NCBI GenBank assembly: GCA_002011125.2
Contig: MTMF02000009.1
Coordinates: 1,800,989-1,864,988 of the forward strand
Direction: 5' to 3'
Source of the DNA: Candidatus Hydrothermarchaeum profundi
GTDB taxonomy: Archaea; Hydrothermarchaeota; Hydrothermarchaeia; Hydrothermarchaeales; Hydrothermarchaeaceae
Length of the DNA: 64,000 nucleotides
The stretch's first letter is position 1. Every line of letters starts with the position of its first letter. Positions 59,641 to 64,000 of this stretch are shown here, one piece after another. The notes below the pieces were generated by a model. That model had not been told where the DNA came from, did no database searches, and was given only the letters and a program-made list of their open reading frames with translations. The translations under genes were made by a program, and so were the position numbers.

Positions 59641-60438
59641 CTTTCTTTTACTCAAGAGCTTTCCTTCAGCAGAATGCGGTCTTCTTAGGACGTTATCTTC
59701 CCCCTTTTCTATCTTTCTTACCTCATCGCACAGAAGAGCAGCCGCCCTTAATAGTTCATGGGCAGACGCTACTATAGGAATATATTCTTCGGAATCTTTC
59801 ACTATAAAGCAACCTTTCACATTAAGCTCTCCAACTTTTTCAGCCATTTCATAAGCTGCCATTGCCATCGACTTAGCATATGGATTGTTTATCCCCGATC
59901 TTTCTACTGCTTTTTTACTGTCAATAATAATTCTCGGTAGATATTCTTCCCCATTTTTTATTGCATCAATAGATTTGTCGATCTCTTCTTGTAATACCCT
60001 AAAGGCTCCTGTTATAGATAATACTTTCAGCATCTCAGCATTAAAAATCGCCATCTCTATAGGATCTAAGAATTCCCTCCTAGCGCCTATCATAGAATCG
60101 CCTTTCACAAAGACATATCCGAGACCCTCTTCTTCTAGTTTATCTTTTATTCTTATTCCCGGAGCATCTCCTATAATCACTGCCTTTTTCTTTGAGAGAT
60201 TCTTAATTACCTTAGCCGGTCCAGGAGCTGAAGGGTTTGGAGTTGAATATAGTATAAGGTCTGGGTTTTGCTTCAGTACTTCACTCACAGGCTCTTCAAC
60301 ATCCTTCGGGCCCATCTTCGCCCCAGATGTCACCACTCTTACTTTTAAATCCTTTCTGTCCGCTCTTTCATCTAATAGAAGCTCTAACACTAGGGAAGAA
60401 GCAATATTCCCTGTTTTAATTACACCTATCTCTACCAT
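59620..60438 (-). CDS. mtd: F420-dependent methylene-H4MPT dehydrogenase
   Basis: K.GNIA.S, LLDERADR, SGAKM, SMIGARREFLDP.EMA.FN, NPYA, AHE, RPH. Confidence 0.95.
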   Translation of the reverse strand: MVEIGVIKTGNIASSLVLELLLDERADRKDLKVRVVTSGAKMGPKDVEEPVSEVLKQNPDLILYSTPNPSAPGPAKVIKNLSKKKAVIIGDAPGIRIKDKLEEEGLGYVFVKGDSMIGARREFLDPIEMAIFNAEMLKVLSITGAFRVLQEEIDKSIDAIKNGEEYLPRIIIDSKKAVERSGINNPYAKSMAMAAYEMAEKVGELNVKGCFIVKDSEEYIPIVASAHELLRAAALLCDEVRKIEKGEDNVLRRPHSAEGKLLSKRKLMEKPS

Positions 60439-60510
60439 ATTTCTCTTACCTCCCACCCCCATCTGGGTCCACTAAATATTTAAATATAGTGGGCTACATC
60501 AGGATTTAAT

Positions 60511-60783
60511 ATGTGTTTAAACTATAAGGACGGTAACTGCATAGTGACGAATAAGAAGTGCAAGTTCGGTGAAGACGGAGAGGACCTTTCCATGGGAGAC
60601 TGTGATCTTCACGGGGATTACGATGTCTGGGTTACTGATAAGAAGATAATTGTTGCCAAAACTGAAAAAGGGTCTAAAGGAGAAGGAAAAGTTTTAGGCT
60701 ATGGATTGAATTTTTTGGTAGCTGATGAACTAGCCTATAAGAAGTCTAAAAAACTGGAATTACCCGTAGATTACATAGAATAG
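60511..60783 (+). CDS. Small Cys-containing hypothetical protein
   Basis: 90-aa ORF with C-x7-C-x6-C-x13-C-x2-H; divergent from mtd. Confidence 0.6.
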   Translation: MCLNYKDGNCIVTNKKCKFGEDGEDLSMGDCDLHGDYDVWVTDKKIIVAKTEKGSKGEGKVLGYGLNFLVADELAYKKSKKLELPVDYIE

Positions 60784-60785
60784 AG

Positions 60786-61025
60786 GTGAGACAAATGATA
60801 GGTTTTGTACAAATTGGTACCGAGCTAGGTAAAGAGAGAGAAATAGCAAATAAGCTCCGTAAATTACCTGAAGTTAAAGAAGTCTATGGTACTTTTGGAC
60901 ACTTCGACATACTGGTTAAGGTAGAAGGAAATACGCCTCAAGACATTGGAGAAATCGTAATCGAGAAGATAAGACGTATTTCCGGAGTAAATATGACCGA
61001 GACTATCATAACTGTGGAACTTTAA
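60786..61025 (+). CDS. Stand-alone Lrp/AsnC ligand-binding (RAM) domain
   Basis: FV.I.TE.G, V.EVYG.FG.FDILVKVE, KIR.I.GV..TET. Confidence 0.85.
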   Translation: MRQMIGFVQIGTELGKEREIANKLRKLPEVKEVYGTFGHFDILVKVEGNTPQDIGEIVIEKIRRISGVNMTETIITVEL

Positions 61026-61094
61026 CCTGAAAAACTTCTACCTGTACCAAGACAAAGAAATATATCATACCTACGGATATTGACAGTTGTTTAG

Positions 61095-61445
61095 ATGAAA
61101 ATAAAAGAAGGAGACTGGATTTATAGAGAGGGATATAGAAAAAAGATACTCTCAGACGAAAAAAATTTAGGAAAAGGAAACTTAGTTCAAATCGTAGAAA
61201 TAAAGCCAGGCTGGAAAGTAAAGCCCCATTATCACCAAATACAAACCGAATTTTTCTATATACTTCATGGAGAAGCAACACTATCAATAGGTGGTGAGGA
61301 GTATATAGCAAAGCCGGGTGAATGTTATCTATGCAAGCCAGGCAAAATCCATTTCGTAGAAAATCATGGAGAAGACGACTTCATGCTTCTAGTATTTAAG
61401 ACTAATTGGAGAGAGAAAGACTCCTACTGGGAAGTCGATCTCTAA
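61095..61445 (+). CDS. Cupin domain protein
   Basis: PHYH...TEFFYIL.GE, PGKIH.VEN. Confidence 0.85.
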   Translation: MKIKEGDWIYREGYRKKILSDEKNLGKGNLVQIVEIKPGWKVKPHYHQIQTEFFYILHGEATLSIGGEEYIAKPGECYLCKPGKIHFVENHGEDDFMLLVFKTNWREKDSYWEVDL

Positions 61446-62546
61446 TTAATGAAGCCAGTTGTATAGGGTATCCCTCTGCCTAGGAACCCTACCTGCCTCA
61501 AGGATCATACGCTCAATTTCTTCTTTAGTTAGCATCCTAGAAGCAACCCCTGCAGCCCTAGATATGTTCTCCTCCATGAGGGTACCTCCAAGATCATTAG
61601 CACCAAAATTTAACAGCACTTGTGAGAATTTTTCACCAAATTTAACCCAAGAAGCCTGTATATTCCTGAAGTTATCTAAAAAGATTCGAGAGACCGCTAT
61701 TATTCTAAGGTCTTCCACGCCTGTGGCACCTCCTCTGCTTTCTCCGGAGAGGTATATAGGTGCATTAAAATGCACAAAAGATAATGGTATGAACTCTGTG
61801 AATCCCCCTGTTTCGTCTTGAATATCCCTTAAAATGCTTAAATGTTTAACTTGATCCTCCGCTGTTTCAATATGGCCGTAAAGCATTGTCGCAGTAGTGG
61901 GTATCCCTAGATTATGCGCCTCTTTTATGGTCTCTATCCACTCTTTGGTAGTGAGTTTAGTTGGACAGATTTTTCTCCTCACATCGTCATCTAGTATTTC
62001 GGCAGCGGTACCAGGTATAGAATCTAATCCTGCGTTTTTTAATAACTCTAACGTTTCGTGTATGCTAATCCCTGATCTCTCAGAAGCATATTTTATCTCC
62101 ATGGGTGAAAAAGCATGGACATGTACAGCTCCAATCTCTTTTATTCTCTTTATAATCTCGGTGTAGAATTCTACATCAATATCCGGGTGTAGCCCGCCCT
62201 GTATACATACCTCGGTTGCGCCCACCTCTAAGGCTTCATGGGCTTTAGCTACTATTTCTTCAAGTTTTAAAAAGAAGGCTTCAGCGTCCCCTAGTCTTCT
62301 TTTAAAAGCGCAGAAACCACAGCTTCCAATACATATATTCGTGAAGTTTATGTTCCTATTGACAACGTAGGTAACAAAATCCCCTACATTCCTCTCCCTT
62401 AACTTATTCGCTACAAGTCCAATAGCAATAAGGTCATCAGCGTTCGCGTGCATTAGCACTAATGCTTCTTCGGGAGTTATCCTTTTTCCGTCTAAAGCTT
62501 TCTCTAATATCTCTTGAACCTCAGGGCTTACGCTAACTAGCTCCAT
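61446..62546 (-). CDS. cofH: FO synthase subunit CofH (radical SAM)
   Basis: NRNINFTNIC.GSC.FC, QGGLHP, PGTAAEILDD, NIQASWVK, GGTLMEE.IS. Confidence 0.93.
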   Translation of the reverse strand: MELVSVSPEVQEILEKALDGKRITPEEALVLMHANADDLIAIGLVANKLRERNVGDFVTYVVNRNINFTNICIGSCGFCAFKRRLGDAEAFFLKLEEIVAKAHEALEVGATEVCIQGGLHPDIDVEFYTEIIKRIKEIGAVHVHAFSPMEIKYASERSGISIHETLELLKNAGLDSIPGTAAEILDDDVRRKICPTKLTTKEWIETIKEAHNLGIPTTATMLYGHIETAEDQVKHLSILRDIQDETGGFTEFIPLSFVHFNAPIYLSGESRGGATGVEDLRIIAVSRIFLDNFRNIQASWVKFGEKFSQVLLNFGANDLGGTLMEENISRAAGVASRMLTKEEIERMILEAGRVPRQRDTLYNWLH

Positions 62547-63532
62547 TTTACTAGGCCCTCAGAATCAGAATATGAATGTATCAAATCCTTGAGCTTCTCG
62601 GAATACCATCCTTTTGATATAAACCTCGGGTAAATGGGTAGCCTCTCTCTAAGCCTAACTCCGAGTTTTCTGGAAACCATTTCTAAATCCTCAATTTTTG
62701 GCCAATCTGCCTCAGGGTTTATATAATCTTTGGTGAAAGGAGAGATCCCCCCTAGATCATTAGCTCCAGCATCCAAATAGAGTTCTAATGATCCCAAGAT
62801 TAGATTTGGAGGGACCTGTATACTCATAGTAGGCATTGTCTTTCTTGCAAGCCTTACAGCCTCCACCATATATCGTATAGAAGGCTCTGGGCGATTTTCC
62901 ATAGGGGTACCCGGCTTTGGTTTAAAGTTTTGGATTATGACTTCTTGGATATGCCCATATTTATCATTAAGACTTTTTAATAGCTTAATAGAATCTAAAA
63001 GCTCGTCCCAAGTCTCTCCTATACCAATAAGCACGCCGGTTGTAAAAGGTATCCGCAACTTTCCAGCGGTTTCAATTACCTTAATCCTCTCCTTAGGGTT
63101 TTTTCCAGGACTATAATAGTGAGGCATGCCTTCTTGGCATAGTCTCTCGCTAGAATTCTCAAGCATTAACCCCATACTTGCATTGACCTCTCTTAGAAGC
63201 CTCATGTCTTCTTCGCTTATCACTCCCGGATTAGAGTGGGGTAGTAGGCCATATTTTATTGCATCCTCACAAAGCTTGTAAAGATACTCTATTATACTGG
63301 AATATCCCCAATGTTCTAGTTTTTTCTTTATCTGGGGTATTACCTCCGGTTTTTCACCGAAAGTAAAGAGAGCTTCTTTACACCTTGCCCTTCTACCTTT
63401 CTTAAGTATATCCACAACTTCCCTTTTACTCATTATACGTGGTCTATCAGAACGAAACCCACAATAGCCGCATCTATTCCTACACGCATTAGTCAAGGGG
63501 ATGAATACATTCTTTGAGTAAGTTAGTTGCAT
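62537..63532 (-). CDS. cofG: FO synthase subunit CofG (radical SAM)
   Basis: TYSKNVFIPLT..CRNRCGYC, ASMGLMLE, FTTG.LIGIGE, HIQEVIIQNF, QVPPNL. Confidence 0.95.
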   Translation of the reverse strand: MQLTYSKNVFIPLTNACRNRCGYCGFRSDRPRIMSKREVVDILKKGRRARCKEALFTFGEKPEVIPQIKKKLEHWGYSSIIEYLYKLCEDAIKYGLLPHSNPGVISEEDMRLLREVNASMGLMLENSSERLCQEGMPHYYSPGKNPKERIKVIETAGKLRIPFTTGVLIGIGETWDELLDSIKLLKSLNDKYGHIQEVIIQNFKPKPGTPMENRPEPSIRYMVEAVRLARKTMPTMSIQVPPNLILGSLELYLDAGANDLGGISPFTKDYINPEADWPKIEDLEMVSRKLGVRLRERLPIYPRFISKGWYSEKLKDLIHSYSDSEGLVKWS

Positions 63533-63593
63533 AAGACTTTACCTATTCCTTTACACAAATTTAATTAACGCGTAAAAGCTAAGTATATATGGG

Positions 63594-64000
63594 ATGAAAT
63601 GTAAGATTTGTGGGAGAGAAAATTCCTGCTCTTCAATCATCTGTCCTTTAAGCGAGAGCAAAAAACAAGAGCAAGAAAAAACTAACTTAATTACTTTATG
63701 GTCTAATAAGCTCCCTACTGAAAGCAAAAAAGACCCCTGGAATTTCTTTTACTCTATCGTTGGCTTCTTTGTATTAGGATTTATGGGGTCTTGGTACTTT
63801 TTCAAGGATGGAGAGAAGATATTCAATGAGGACCTGGGTATAGTGCCAAGAGTTTTCAAGGCTTCAGCAGATAACCTTGCAAGAGGAGAGATATCTCTAT
63901 ACTTTGAGGTATATAACTGGAGCAAAGAAAAAGTCGTGCTAGAAGATGTTGACTGCCTTATCTCTATAAACAATACGCCAATACAACAATGTTCCGTAAA
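63594..64000 (+). CDS. Membrane protein with N-terminal Cys cluster, 3' truncated by window edge
   Basis: Open from ATG 63594 to the end: MKCKICGRENSCSSIICP..., TM FFYSIVGFFVLGFMGSWYFF, then beta-rich segment. Confidence 0.6.
   Translation, partial: MKCKICGRENSCSSIICPLSESKKQEQEKTNLITLWSNKLPTESKKDPWNFFYSIVGFFVLGFMGSWYFFKDGEKIFNEDLGIVPRVFKASADNLARGEISLYFEVYNWSKEKVVLEDVDCLISINNTPIQQCSV

Noticed and set aside
14705-63532. Calling the organism a methanogen
   Set aside because: cdh, mtd and cof also occur in non-methanogenic archaea; no mcr or mtr genes are in this window

Overview
This is a gene-dense chromosomal segment of a thermophilic, anaerobic euryarchaeote-type archaeon. Its mix of ACDS cdhC/D/E, Mtd, CofG/CofH, Thermococci/Methanococci-type S-layer, BpsA, DnaK and multiheme cytochromes is compatible with Hydrothermarchaeota or a relative (inference). 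It carries tRNA-processing genes (trm11, rnz, trm5, ttuA, cca, thpR), a heat-shock cluster (hsp20, grpE-dnaK-dnaJ-thermosome), a partial ACDS operon, an S-layer gene, two FG-GAP/PKD surface proteins, tRNA-Pro(TGG) and tRNA-Arg(TCG), polyamine genes, hel308, thyX and an HdrE/HdrD-CMD-DsrE-TusA cluster. Two toxin-antitoxin-like loci are decayed. I saw no CRISPR array, rRNA or intact transposase. The most unusual signals are: (1) an intact class III ribonucleotide reductase paralogue whose catalytic motifs are all substituted, followed by an unannotated 51-aa ORF; (2) a MinD/ParA ATPase and an adjacent HeH-containing coiled-coil protein that share a repeated helical-hairpin module; (3) a tandem cassette of a pentaheme cytochrome and a surface protein, with identical tracts inside otherwise diverged paralogues; (4) an identical 976-bp duplication inside the S-layer gene; (5) two integrin-alpha-like proteins that both end in EWE. 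All family assignments come from motif recognition by eye; no database search was run.
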